Positions 54,688-63,894 of a stretch of DNA of 64,000 nt are shown here, piece after piece. Both the position numbers and the translations under genes were made by a program. The notes under the pieces were generated by a model, which was not told where the DNA came from, made no database searches, and worked only from the letters and a program-made list of their open reading frames with translations. The stretch comes from an uncultured Candidatus Saccharibacteria bacterium (GTDB lineage Bacteria > Patescibacteriota > Minisyncoccia > UBA6257): positions 32,001 through 96,000 of the forward strand of contig CAYZJA010000001.1 in the NCBI GenBank assembly GCA_964479005.1, read 5' to 3'. Each line of letters opens with the position of its first letter. The first letter of the stretch is position 1.

Positions 54688-55065
54688 TTGAAAAATATTA
54701 TGCTTAAATTAACAATTTTTGAAGCATTATTGATTACCCACGTTCTAGTAGATTGGATATTTCAATGGAAGTGGGAGGCGATGAATAAATCTAAAAAATG
54801 GTTGCCTTTATTTTTTCATTGCGCAGTTTATACAATAGGTTTTATTCCAGTGTTTTTGATATATAAAATTAATTTAATTTGGTTAATTTTATTGTTTGTT
54901 TCTCATGTTGTTTTTGACAGACGGAAATTTGAGGTATGGTTGTTAGAAAGTTTTAAGGGAATCACCAAAAAAGACACACCCGAATCTCTTTGGAGGATAT
55001 TGTTGATTGGAACTGACCAAATTTTACATATTGTAATTTTAACATTGGTAGTTATATTTAATTAA
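54688..55065 (+). CDS. Hypothetical membrane protein
   Basis: Three to four hydrophobic helices. Confidence 0.5.
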   Translation: MKNIMLKLTIFEALLITHVLVDWIFQWKWEAMNKSKKWLPLFFHCAVYTIGFIPVFLIYKINLIWLILLFVSHVVFDRRKFEVWLLESFKGITKKDTPESLWRILLIGTDQILHIVILTLVVIFN

Positions 55066-55218
55066 CAAAAAAATATGAAAAATGATTTTATAAAATATTT
55101 ATTCTTGTTTATTATTGGAATGTTAGGAGTTTTTGTTGGTAGAAGGATGGCGATTAAAAGAATGATAAAAAAATCTTCGTCAGATAAGGAAGATATGGTA
55201 TAGTAATAAAAGAAAGAT

Positions 55219-56004
55219 TTGTATATGTCCCAATATTACAATTCACAAAGAACGCATGGATTATATGATTCTGCTTCAAAAGAGCCGTTTAAAATTTCGC
55301 GGTCAAAAATTGATTTGTTTTTGCAATGTCCGCGATGTTTTTATTTGGACAGAAAATTGGGAGTCGCGCGGCCGCCAGGATTTCCATTTGCTTTAAATAG
55401 CGCTGTTGATACTTTACTAAAACAGGAATTTGATATTTATCGCGCTAAAGGCGCAAAACATCCTTTTATGGAAACTTATAAGGTTGATGCTGTTCCTTTT
55501 AAACATGAAAAGCTTGAAGAATGGCGTGATGCAAGAACAAGGGGAATAACTTATCTCCACAAACCAACAGATTTATTAATTACTGGTGGCATTGATGATA
55601 TTTGGGTAAATTCTAAAGGAGAATTAATTATTGTTGATTACAAGGCAACATCAAAGAACGGAGAAGTGAGTTTAGACGCTGATTGGCAGATTAGCTATAA
55701 AAGACAAATGGAAATATATCAGTGGTTGTTTAGAAAAAACGGATTTAAAGTTTCTGATACTGGATATTTTGTTTATTGTAACGGTAAAACAGATGTAAAA
55801 GTTTTTGATAATAAATTGGAATTTGATGTCACTTTAATAGCATATAAAGGTGATGATTCTTGGATAGAAAAAACTATTTCTGATATTCATAAATGTTTGA
55901 ATAATGATAAAATTCCAAAAGCAGACGCTGATTGTGATTATTGTAACTATGTTGAATCAGTAAAATCTAAAACAATAGAATCTAAAAACGGAACATTGTT
56001 TTAG
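55219..56004 (+). CDS. Cas4-like PD-(D/E)xK nuclease (RecB-family) with an Fe-S Cys cluster, stand-alone
   Basis: N-terminal C...CPRC, core GGIDDIW...IVDYKAT, C-terminal CDYCNY. Confidence 0.7.
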   Translation: MYMSQYYNSQRTHGLYDSASKEPFKISRSKIDLFLQCPRCFYLDRKLGVARPPGFPFALNSAVDTLLKQEFDIYRAKGAKHPFMETYKVDAVPFKHEKLEEWRDARTRGITYLHKPTDLLITGGIDDIWVNSKGELIIVDYKATSKNGEVSLDADWQISYKRQMEIYQWLFRKNGFKVSDTGYFVYCNGKTDVKVFDNKLEFDVTLIAYKGDDSWIEKTISDIHKCLNNDKIPKADADCDYCNYVESVKSKTIESKNGTLF

Positions 56005-56009
56005 AAAAT

Positions 56010-56489
56010 ATGAAAAAACAAAATCTTTTAATTGGTTCAATAGTTATTCTGATATTGGTCTTAGTAGGAGTTATTGGGTATTTTATTATTGGACAAGAAA
56101 AAACCATGACAGTAAAGATATTTTTTGGAAATATTAAAGAAGATCCAGAAGTTCTAAATTGCGAGAAAGTTTATTCTGTAGAAAGGCAGGTTCTTAAAAG
56201 CAAAGCAATAATTCAAGCATTAGAAGAACTTTTAAAAGGTCCAACTGTAGAGGAACAAGAAAAAGGATATTTAACTAATATTAATTCTGGCGTGAATATT
56301 AATAATTTGATTGTAAAAAATAATGTAGCTAGAGTTGATTTTGATGAACAATTAGAATTTCAAGTAGGAGGGTCTTGTCGGGTAATGGCTATTCGTTCTC
56401 AAATTACTGGAACTCTAGTACAATCTTCTGAAATTAATGATGTTATAATTTCTATTAATGGTCGTATTGAAGATATTTTACAACCTTAA
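56010..56489 (+). CDS. GerMN-domain protein with an N-terminal TM anchor
   Basis: GerMN-like region ALEELLKGPTVEEQEKGYLTNI...ARVDFDEQL. Confidence 0.6.
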   Translation: MKKQNLLIGSIVILILVLVGVIGYFIIGQEKTMTVKIFFGNIKEDPEVLNCEKVYSVERQVLKSKAIIQALEELLKGPTVEEQEKGYLTNINSGVNINNLIVKNNVARVDFDEQLEFQVGGSCRVMAIRSQITGTLVQSSEINDVIISINGRIEDILQP

Positions 56490-56498
56490 ATATATCAA

Positions 56499-56726
56499 AT
56501 GCTAATTAAAGTTAAAGTTTTCTCGCATTCAAAGAAGCGAGGAATAATTAAAAAAACTGAAGATAGTTTTGAAGTAAGAGTAAAAGTAAAGCCATTGCAA
56601 GGTCAGGCAAATAAAGAAGCAATTAAAGTTCTGGCAGAATATTTTGAAATTCCAGAATCAGATATAAGATTGATTAAAGGATTTAGGCACACAAATAAAG
56701 TTTTTACAATATCAGAAATTAAATAA
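56499..56726 (+). CDS. DUF167 (YggU-like) protein
   Basis: KVKPLQGQANKEAIKVLAEYF...IRLIKGFRHTNKVF. Confidence 0.7.
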   Translation: MLIKVKVFSHSKKRGIIKKTEDSFEVRVKVKPLQGQANKEAIKVLAEYFEIPESDIRLIKGFRHTNKVFTISEIK

Positions 56727-56730
56727 ATTT

Positions 56731-56856
56731 ATGAAAAAGGAGATTAAAATTAGAAGAAAAGTGCATACGCCGTTGCGCCGTCCGCCTCGTTTAAGTGGGA
56801 AAAGGCATAAATTTGGAATAAAGCCAATTAAGAAAAAAGCAAAAGGTCGGAAATAA
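56731..56856 (+). CDS. Small, very basic 41-aa protein with GC-rich codons; possibly a divergent bL34-like ribosomal protein
   Basis: MKKEIKIRRKVHTPLRRPPRLSGKRHKFGIKPIKKKAKGRK. The RRKVH and AKGRK segments echo bL34. Its 3' end encodes a cassette-motif-like sequence just before rarA. Confidence 0.35.
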   Translation: MKKEIKIRRKVHTPLRRPPRLSGKRHKFGIKPIKKKAKGRK

Positions 56857-56866
56857 CAATTAAAAT

Positions 56867-58075
56867 ATGGATTTTGTAGATAAAAACAAGCCATTGGCTG
56901 ATAGAATGAGACCAGACTCTCTGGGTGATTTTTTAGGTCAGGAAGAACTTGTTGGGGAAGGAAAACTATTAAGGCAGGCAATTGAATCTGATAAAGTCCC
57001 TTCAATGATTTTTTGGGGACCTCCAGGAAGTGGTAAAACCACCTTGGCTTATATTATTGTCAAACAAACTAAATCTGAATTTAGACGGATGAGCGCTGTT
57101 TCCAGCGGAATAAAAGATTTAAGAGAAACTGTAAAACAGGCAGAAGAAAACAAAAAATTAGGAAAAAGGACAATTTTATTTATTGATGAAATTCATCGTT
57201 GGAATAAAGCTCAGCAGGACGCATTGCTTCCTCATATTGAACAAGGATTGATAATACTTATTGGGGCTACAACAGAAAATCCCAGTTTTGAAGTTATAGG
57301 GGCATTACTTTCCCGTTGTAGGGTTTTTGTTTTAAAACAGCTCAATAAATCTCAGATTTCAGAGATTATTAAAAGAGCGCTGAAAGATAAGAAAAAAGGA
57401 TTAGGCAAATTAGGCATAAAAATAGATAATGAAATAATTGATACTATTTCAGAGATGAGCAATGGGGATGCTAGAATTGCTCTTAATGTTCTTGAATATG
57501 CGTCTTCTATTTCAAATGAAATCACATTAGATCTTGTAAAAGACGCTTTTCAGAAATCCAATTTGTTTTATGATAAAAATGGTGAAGAACATTATAATAT
57601 AATTTCAGCATTACACAAATCAATGCGTGGATCTGATGCTAATGCCGCTTTGTATTGGTTAGCAAGAATGTTGGAAGCAGGTGAGGACCCTTTGTATGTA
57701 GCTAGAAGAATTGTACGGTTTGCTTCAGAAGATATAGGTTTATCTAATTCTCAGGCATTACAACAAGCTGTTACTGCTTATCAGGCTTGTCATTTTATAG
57801 GAATGCCAGAATGTAATGTTATATTAGCCCAGGCAGTTGTTTATATGGCTAAATGTAAAAAATCAAATGATTTATACGTTGCTTATAAAAAGGCCGCTGA
57901 AGATGTGAGGAAATATGGAAATTTGCCAGTGCCTTTGCATATTCGTAATGCCCCGACAAAATTAATGGAGGATTTAAAATATGGTAAAGGATATAAATAT
58001 AGCCCTGATTATGATTACAAAGAAAATCAAGAATATTTACCAAAAGAATTAAAAGATAAAAAGTATTTAAAATAA
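56867..58075 (+). CDS. rarA: Replication-associated recombination protein A (AAA+ ATPase)
   Basis: GPPGSGKTTLA Walker A, ILFIDEIHR Walker B, MgsA C-terminal domain. Confidence 0.9.
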   Translation: MDFVDKNKPLADRMRPDSLGDFLGQEELVGEGKLLRQAIESDKVPSMIFWGPPGSGKTTLAYIIVKQTKSEFRRMSAVSSGIKDLRETVKQAEENKKLGKRTILFIDEIHRWNKAQQDALLPHIEQGLIILIGATTENPSFEVIGALLSRCRVFVLKQLNKSQISEIIKRALKDKKKGLGKLGIKIDNEIIDTISEMSNGDARIALNVLEYASSISNEITLDLVKDAFQKSNLFYDKNGEEHYNIISALHKSMRGSDANAALYWLARMLEAGEDPLYVARRIVRFASEDIGLSNSQALQQAVTAYQACHFIGMPECNVILAQAVVYMAKCKKSNDLYVAYKKAAEDVRKYGNLPVPLHIRNAPTKLMEDLKYGKGYKYSPDYDYKENQEYLPKELKDKKYLK

Positions 58076-58113
58076 AAATCCTCTCATTCCTTTTTTGTAG
58101 AAATAAGAGGATT

Positions 58114-58830
58114 TTAAATTTTGTCTGCCATGTTTAAGAGTTCTTCAATTATGGCTTCTCTTGTTTCCTTTTTGCTTTCTTTATTATCAAGCATTTTTTC
58201 CAAATCCTCAAGAGAAATATGGTCACCAATTTTTACTTTAATTCTTACTTTTCGGAGTAAGTAACCAATCCAATCCCCATCTGGTTTTCCATAAGGACCT
58301 TCCGCTTCAATTCTGAGAGGGAAAACAGCGATTTTTTGATTAGTTGTTTTTTCTGTTTGTTCGATAACCAGACTAACTAATCCCCCGACTCTTTTGTCTT
58401 TTGGGACTACTGTTCCCTCAGGGAAGATAACTATACTGACACCCTGCTTTATAAGACTGATCATTTCTCTAATAGTGTCCCTTTTTGTATTTTTTTGATT
58501 GATAAAGATAATATAAGGGCTTAAACAAAGGCATTTGAAAAGCGTTCTTAAGTTATCTTTAGCAACATATCTTGTTGTGCTATACAGAAAGATATGTCGA
58601 AACTGAAGTTTCCAAAAAGCAGCTGCCAGAAAAACCGGATCCCAACAACCGAAGTGGCGAGCTACAAAAATAGAACCGAGATTATTCCGTTTTTGCCAGA
58701 GAGAGATTTTCTTTTGACCATATACCCGCACTCCGAAGAAAATTAGAGAAAGTAAAAAGCACAATAATCCGTAGACTTGATAAATCCAAGCATAAACAAT
58801 TTTCAAAGAGCTTGATTTCATTTCTATCAC
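58114..58830 (-). CDS. Lysophospholipid acyltransferase (PlsC family)
   Basis: N-terminal TM; HxxxxD acyltransferase motif ARHFGCWD; FPEGT motif. Confidence 0.75.
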   Translation of the reverse strand: MIEMKSSSLKIVYAWIYQVYGLLCFLLSLIFFGVRVYGQKKISLWQKRNNLGSIFVARHFGCWDPVFLAAAFWKLQFRHIFLYSTTRYVAKDNLRTLFKCLCLSPYIIFINQKNTKRDTIREMISLIKQGVSIVIFPEGTVVPKDKRVGGLVSLVIEQTEKTTNQKIAVFPLRIEAEGPYGKPDGDWIGYLLRKVRIKVKIGDHISLEDLEKMLDNKESKKETREAIIEELLNMADKI

Positions 58831-58985
58831 CTCCTAAAGTGATTATTAATTATTTATAAAACTATACAATTAACCAAGATAGATGTCAACTGGCATGCTT
58901 TAGGAAAAATATCCTGAGATTCCAGTAATAACCGTTAGCCTAAAAGAAACTAAAAATTCAATAGAGAGGGGAATCTTAGAACTAC

Positions 58986-59014
58986 TTGACAAGAGCAAGG
59001 AACTATGCTAACAT
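58986..59014 (+). promoter_or_regulatory. Sigma70-like promoter (TTGACA-N17-TAACAT) in the plsC / antiporter divergent region
   Basis: Exact TTGACA, 17-nt spacer, 4/6 match at -10. Confidence 0.4.
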
Positions 59015-59020
59015 AAATGT

Positions 59021-59273
59021 AGTACATTTTGAGAATAAATTGAGAATACAGAGAGTCCTTGGTTTTATTAAAAGCTCTAAGATAGAGTTTTATGAGATAA
59101 TAGGGTTATCCAGATAACCTAAAGAAATATCTCAATATTGATAAACTAGCTAGAATGTAGCAATTACCGCAACAATTAAATAAGTTGTAATTGAAGAAGC
59201 GAGGACTCTTAATTAATCGGCGGTGTCAGGTTAGTCAGGAAAAAGGAACTAATCTGATACCGCCTTTTTTCTT
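59021..59273 (+). ncRNA. Candidate ~250-nt non-coding RNA or 5' leader ending in an intrinsic terminator
   Basis: No ORF; internal hairpin GGTTATC/GATAACC; 11-bp terminator stem GGCGGUGUCAG/CUGAUACCGCC followed by a T-run at 59265-59273. Confidence 0.3.
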
Positions 59274-59317
59274 TGTCAAAAAATTGATAAGATATAATAG
59301 ATCTGAAAATATTAAAT

Positions 59318-60286
59318 ATGTTTATAATATATAGCTTAATTTTTATAACCTCTTGCGTTGCACTTTATTTTTCAGGCAATTGGCTCATTGATGGGTTAAA
59401 AAGAATTGGTAGATTTTTACGTTGGAGGGAATTTATCATTGCTTTTTTCGTTATGGCTTTTGCAGGGTCTTTGCCAAATCTTTTTGTAGGAATCAGTTCA
59501 GCTCTTCATAAAGTTCCGCAACTCTCTTTTGGTGATATTGTTGGAGGTAATTTAATTGATTTAACATTGGCTGTGGCTTTAGCTGTTTTAATTGGTGGCA
59601 ATGCTATTCCTACCAAGGGCAAGATTTTAGAGAGAAGCGCTCTTTTTACGACTTTTGTCGCCATTTTACCCCTGCTTTTAATATGGGACGGCGTATTGGC
59701 AAGAGGTGATGGATTAATACTACTTTTCGTTTTTGTTTTTTATATCTTTTGGCTCGTTTTAAATAAAGAAAGATTCAGAGAATTTTCCGGAGATGAAGAA
59801 AAACAAATGCCAAGTATTTTAAAAGAATTCAAGGTTTTTATAAAAGATATTGGGTTAATTCTTTTGTCTTTTATTTTGCTTTTATTAGCAGCAGAGGGCA
59901 TGGTACAAAGCGCTAAATTTTTTGCTGTGGCTTTGAATATTTCCTTGCCTATTATTGGGATTTTAATTGTAGGATTAGGTAATACTTTGCCGGAAATTCG
60001 TTTTGCTGTTGCGTCGGCTAAAGCTGGGAAAACAGAAATGATTTTAGGAAATTTAATGGGCGCTGTTATTATGCCTGCTACTTTGGTTTTAGGCACAGTC
60101 GCTTTGATTAGTCCGATTGTAATTCCCAGTTTTACGCCTTTTGCTGTTGCAAGAGTTTTTTTGATAATTTCAGCAGTAACTTTTTATATCTTTACAAGAA
60201 GATATAGAAAGATTACAAAGAAAGAGGCGATAATTCTGCTTTTACTTTATGTTGCTTTTGTCGTAATTGAAATTTTAATAAGATAG
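59318..60286 (+). CDS. CaCA-family Na+/Ca2+ exchanger (YrbG-like)
   Basis: Two alpha-repeat regions GDIVGGNLIDL and GNTLPE; ~10 TM helices. Confidence 0.8.
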   Translation: MFIIYSLIFITSCVALYFSGNWLIDGLKRIGRFLRWREFIIAFFVMAFAGSLPNLFVGISSALHKVPQLSFGDIVGGNLIDLTLAVALAVLIGGNAIPTKGKILERSALFTTFVAILPLLLIWDGVLARGDGLILLFVFVFYIFWLVLNKERFREFSGDEEKQMPSILKEFKVFIKDIGLILLSFILLLLAAEGMVQSAKFFAVALNISLPIIGILIVGLGNTLPEIRFAVASAKAGKTEMILGNLMGAVIMPATLVLGTVALISPIVIPSFTPFAVARVFLIISAVTFYIFTRRYRKITKKEAIILLLLYVAFVVIEILIR

Positions 60287-60287
60287 C

Positions 60288-60316
60288 TTGACAAAACAAG
60301 GAAAAGGATATATAAT
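60288..60316 (+). promoter_or_regulatory. Consensus sigma70 promoter TTGACA-N17-TATAAT
   Basis: Exact -35 and -10 hexamers with a 17-nt spacer. About 90 nt upstream of ORF 60412, which has SD AAAGGAGG. Confidence 0.6.
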
Positions 60317-60411
60317 CGGGGTAGTTATGGAGAAGATTGAGTTGCACCTTTACATTTTAAAAGATAAAAAAGATTAAAATATAAGAAAGATTAGAATATA
60401 AAAAGGAGGTA

Positions 60412-61002
60412 TTGAAAATGAAAAAGTTATTATTAATACTAATGATGATTGTTTTGGTGGCTTTTGCTTTAATGATCCTTGTTTTTCCTGTAGAGAGTAT
60501 GTATACTGCCCTAGATTCTGAACACGAGATACCTGAAACTATTTTGATAAGTAAATTAGGCATAGAGGTATCATACCAATATTGGTATGATACAAAAGAG
60601 GGTATAATGAAAGTAGAATTTGTAACCTATATAGATGAGGATGATCAAACATCGTGTGCGCAGATTGTTGATGCTGAGGTAGGAGATACCTTCACTGGGA
60701 TTTCCGGAAGAACCTATGTACTACAAGAACAAACAACGCTTACTCAGGCACAAATACAATATCTGACTCATAAGGATATTGTAGTTGTAGGTGAGTGGGT
60801 GCCGGTAGATGAAGCTAGTGATAGTGGAGGAAGTGAAGGTACTAGTAGTATAGGTATTTCTACTCTGGGGCCATATTATTTTATAGAAGGTGGCGTCACA
60901 TATAAATATTATATAGGATACATTCCGCCTCCACCTCCTATTACTGAAGTTGATGAAGCTGTCGATGGAGGATGGATTGTAACATACTTTCAGCAGAATT
61001 AA
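60412..61002 (+). CDS. Hypothetical secreted protein (signal peptide; Pro-rich near the C-terminus)
   Basis: Strong SD, N-terminal hydrophobic signal, no motif recognised. Confidence 0.55.
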   Translation: MKMKKLLLILMMIVLVAFALMILVFPVESMYTALDSEHEIPETILISKLGIEVSYQYWYDTKEGIMKVEFVTYIDEDDQTSCAQIVDAEVGDTFTGISGRTYVLQEQTTLTQAQIQYLTHKDIVVVGEWVPVDEASDSGGSEGTSSIGISTLGPYYFIEGGVTYKYYIGYIPPPPPITEVDEAVDGGWIVTYFQQN

Positions 61003-61144
61003 AATGAAGATGAATGAAGATAAAATTGTCAACTTTTCAATATATAAAGAGGCGTTTGGTTTAGAACTGAACGTCTTTTTCATTAACAAGGACTAGCTTT
61101 ACTAAATTTATGCCTTTGGCATTTGTCCTTATTTGGTGTGGGGG

Positions 61145-61172
61145 TTGACAAATTATTTTTCTTTGCTATACT
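61145..61172 (+). promoter_or_regulatory. Sigma70-like promoter TTGACA-N16-TATACT
   Basis: Exact -35, 16-nt spacer, 5/6 match at -10. Confidence 0.5.
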
Positions 61173-61176
61173 AAAG

Positions 61177-61237
61177 ATGCCGTTGTTTTGAGATATGTAG
61201 CTTGCTATATATCAATGGGCAGCGGCATTTTTTTTTG
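61177..61237 (+). terminator. Intrinsic terminator hairpin with a 9-T run, starting ~5 nt after the predicted TSS (short-transcript/attenuator unit)
   Basis: Stem AUGCCGUUG/CAGCGGCAU (9 bp with one G-U), 34-nt loop, then TTTTTTTTT. Confidence 0.55.
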
Positions 61238-61297
61238 CGCTTTTTGATGGTATAATAAAATATAGAAATAATTAAAAAAGATAAAGTATTAATTAAT

Positions 61298-61960
61298 ATG
61301 ATTAGTTTAAATCAAGTTAAAAAGAATCCGCAGATATTAGAATTTATCAAACAGTCAGATGAAGCTTTAGCGGCAGTAGGTTATACAGAGCATAGTTTGT
61401 CTCATGCCAAGATTGTTGCTACTCGAGCGAGAACAATTGCTAAAGAACTTGGTTTTTCAAAACAAAAGCAAGAAATAGCAGCTATTGCCGGTTTTTGTCA
61501 TGATATGGGGAATTTTTTAAGCAGAAGCCATCATCATTATTTTGGAGCTTTATTATTCCATCAGACTTTTAATCAGGATTTTACTCCAGAGGAATTAGCA
61601 ATAATCATGAATGCAATTTCCAATCATGATAAAGACGAAATGAATTTTTCCAACATTATTACTGCGATACTTGTTTTAGCTGATAAAACAGATGTGCGCC
61701 GTTCAAGGGTGGTTAATAAAAAACCTAAGAAAATAAAAAAGGATATACATGATAGGGTTAATTTTGCCACAAAAATATCAAGAGTAAGAATTAACAAAAA
61801 GAAAAAATTAATTACTTTAATTCTTAAAATTGATACTGGCTTTGTACCAATAATTGAATACTTTGAAATTTTTACAGATAGAATGGTTTATTGTCGAAAA
61901 GCGGCAAAGTTTTTAGGCTATAAATTTGGTTTAATAATTAATAACTTTAAATTACTTTAA
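61298..61960 (+). CDS. HD-domain phosphohydrolase
   Basis: H...HD metal-binding motifs (HAKIVA...FCHDMGNF). Confidence 0.75.
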   Translation: MISLNQVKKNPQILEFIKQSDEALAAVGYTEHSLSHAKIVATRARTIAKELGFSKQKQEIAAIAGFCHDMGNFLSRSHHHYFGALLFHQTFNQDFTPEELAIIMNAISNHDKDEMNFSNIITAILVLADKTDVRRSRVVNKKPKKIKKDIHDRVNFATKISRVRINKKKKLITLILKIDTGFVPIIEYFEIFTDRMVYCRKAAKFLGYKFGLIINNFKLL

Positions 61961-61972
61961 AATTAAAACAAA

Positions 61973-62650
61973 ATGGCAAATTTATTTATTGTTGCCACGC
62001 CGATAGGGAATTTAGAAGATATTTCTTTGCGAGCGCTTCGTATCTTGAAAGAAGTTGATATAATATTATGCGAGGATACGAGAGTAACAAGGAAGTTATT
62101 ATTGCGTTATGATATCAAAACTCCAGTTTTAAGTTATCATCAACATTCGCAATTAAAAAAAGTAAATCATATAGCAGATTTATTAGAAGAAGGAAAGAAC
62201 TTAGCATTAGTTTCTGATTCTGGTACTCCTGGGATTTCTGATCCGGGAAATAAATTAATAGATTTTCTTGTTAAGAAAAATATTAATTTAACAATTATTC
62301 CAATACCTGGCTGTTCAGCTTTAATAACTGCTGCCTCTATTTCCGGTTTTCCAATGGATAGATTCACTTTTTTAGGATTTCCTCCACATAAGAAAAAAAG
62401 AAATAAATTCTTTGAAGAATTATTAAAAATAAAACACCCAGTTGTTTTCTATGAATCACCTCATAGAATTATTAAAACATTAGAAGAGATTGGTAATAAA
62501 TCTCAAAAACTTAATCTTAATTTACAAGTAATCGCTTGTCGGGAATTAACTAAAAAATTTGAGACGATTTACAGAGGAACGATTAATGAAGTGATAAAAA
62601 AGGTAAAAGATGATAAAATAAAAGGAGAATTTACAGTAATAATAAATTAA
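61973..62650 (+). CDS. rsmI: 16S rRNA (cytidine1402-2'-O)-methyltransferase
   Basis: LFIVATPIGNLEDIS...ILCEDTRVT tetrapyrrole-methylase fold typical of RsmI. Confidence 0.9.
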   Translation: MANLFIVATPIGNLEDISLRALRILKEVDIILCEDTRVTRKLLLRYDIKTPVLSYHQHSQLKKVNHIADLLEEGKNLALVSDSGTPGISDPGNKLIDFLVKKNINLTIIPIPGCSALITAASISGFPMDRFTFLGFPPHKKKRNKFFEELLKIKHPVVFYESPHRIIKTLEEIGNKSQKLNLNLQVIACRELTKKFETIYRGTINEVIKKVKDDKIKGEFTVIIN

Positions 62651-62654
62651 AATC

Positions 62655-62975
62655 ATGTATAATTTGAAGCAATTATATAAACTTAAGCAAAAAGTAAGGA
62701 CATTAGAGGATGAAAAAAACAGAGTAGAAAGAGATCTGAGAAAGATAACAGTAGGCTATATTATTGCAGCCTTTGGTTTTGTGGCTGGTTTAGCTTGGAG
62801 GGATTTATCCATAGCCTTGGTAGAATATTTATTCCCGATGAGTAAAGACACTATTTTAGCTAAGTTTATTTACGCAATTTTGGTAAGCGTTGCATTAGCT
62901 TTTGCTAGTATCTATGTGCTGAGATTTATAGGTAAAACAAAGAAGAAAAAAGGCCTTGAAGATATACAACGATAG
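62655..62975 (+). CDS. Hypothetical protein with a coiled-coil N-terminus and two TM helices
   Basis: Composition only. Confidence 0.5.
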   Translation: MYNLKQLYKLKQKVRTLEDEKNRVERDLRKITVGYIIAAFGFVAGLAWRDLSIALVEYLFPMSKDTILAKFIYAILVSVALAFASIYVLRFIGKTKKKKGLEDIQR

Positions 62976-63000
62976 ATTATTTAAATAGAATTCTATATTT

Positions 63001-63888
63001 ATGGAAAATTTGGTAATAGGAGATGAGTTAGCTAAAAAATTAGCCAGGCAACTGAACTTAGATTTCATTTTAATAGAAGACAGGGTTTTTCCTGATGGTG
63101 AAGTACAGCCCCGTTTAGAAAAAGAGAAAAAAGCTAATAAAGCTATTTTAATTTTTCAGAAAAAACAAAACGAAGACATTAATACTTATTTAATTAAGTA
63201 TTTTTTATTATTAAGAAAGCTAAAAGATCTTGCGCAAGAAATAATATGTATCATGCCTTATTTTCCTTATGCTCGCCAAGATTCTATTTTCCAAGAAGGT
63301 GAATCTCTTTCCTCTTTGTACATTTCTGAATTAATAGAAAAAAATGCAGATGTTTTTATTACATGTAATATGCATGAACATAGAAAAAAAATTGGAGATT
63401 TATTTAAAATTTCAAGCCACAACGTCTTTCTTTTTCAGGATTTGGCAGAAGAATTTGAAGATTTTTCCCCTTCTAATTCAGTGGTTATAGGCCCAGATAA
63501 AGAGTCTGAAGCATTTGTTAATGATTTCTGTAAAAGATTTTCCGCGCAAAAAGTGATTTTTCAGAAAACAAGAGATATTAAGACAGGAAAGATAGATTTT
63601 TCTTATGATAAAAATTGTGACTTCACAAATAAAGATGTTATTATCGTAGACGATATTGTTTCAACTGGCAGAACTATTTTACAAGCGGCCGAGATAGCGA
63701 AAGAACTTAAAGCCAAAACAATTAGCTTTGCCTTTATTCATTCCATATTTGGGGACAAAGCAATAGAACAATTGAGTAAAATAAATCCTAAGAAGATTGT
63801 ATTTACAAATACTTTAGAAAACTCTTGTTTTTCAGTTGATATTACCAAGCCGATAGCAAAATATATTTTAGAAAATAAATTAGTTTAA
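63001..63888 (+). CDS. prs: Ribose-phosphate pyrophosphokinase (PRPP synthetase)
   Basis: FPDGE region and the PRPP-binding loop VIIVDDIVSTGRT. Confidence 0.85.
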   Translation: MENLVIGDELAKKLARQLNLDFILIEDRVFPDGEVQPRLEKEKKANKAILIFQKKQNEDINTYLIKYFLLLRKLKDLAQEIICIMPYFPYARQDSIFQEGESLSSLYISELIEKNADVFITCNMHEHRKKIGDLFKISSHNVFLFQDLAEEFEDFSPSNSVVIGPDKESEAFVNDFCKRFSAQKVIFQKTRDIKTGKIDFSYDKNCDFTNKDVIIVDDIVSTGRTILQAAEIAKELKAKTISFAFIHSIFGDKAIEQLSKINPKKIVFTNTLENSCFSVDITKPIAKYILENKLV

Positions 63889-63894
63889 AAAAGA

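Noticed and set aside
58850-59310. RNase P RNA or tmRNA in the long plsC/antiporter intergenic region.
   Set aside because: The region has no GGGG...ACCA tRNA-like ends, no conserved P4/CR-I motifs, and it is too AT-rich.
61047-61078. Terminator after ORF 60412-61002 (AAAGAGGCGTT...AACGTCTTT).
   Set aside because: The stem needs a 2-nt bulge and the U-tract is part of the stem. It is plausible but too weak to list as a feature.
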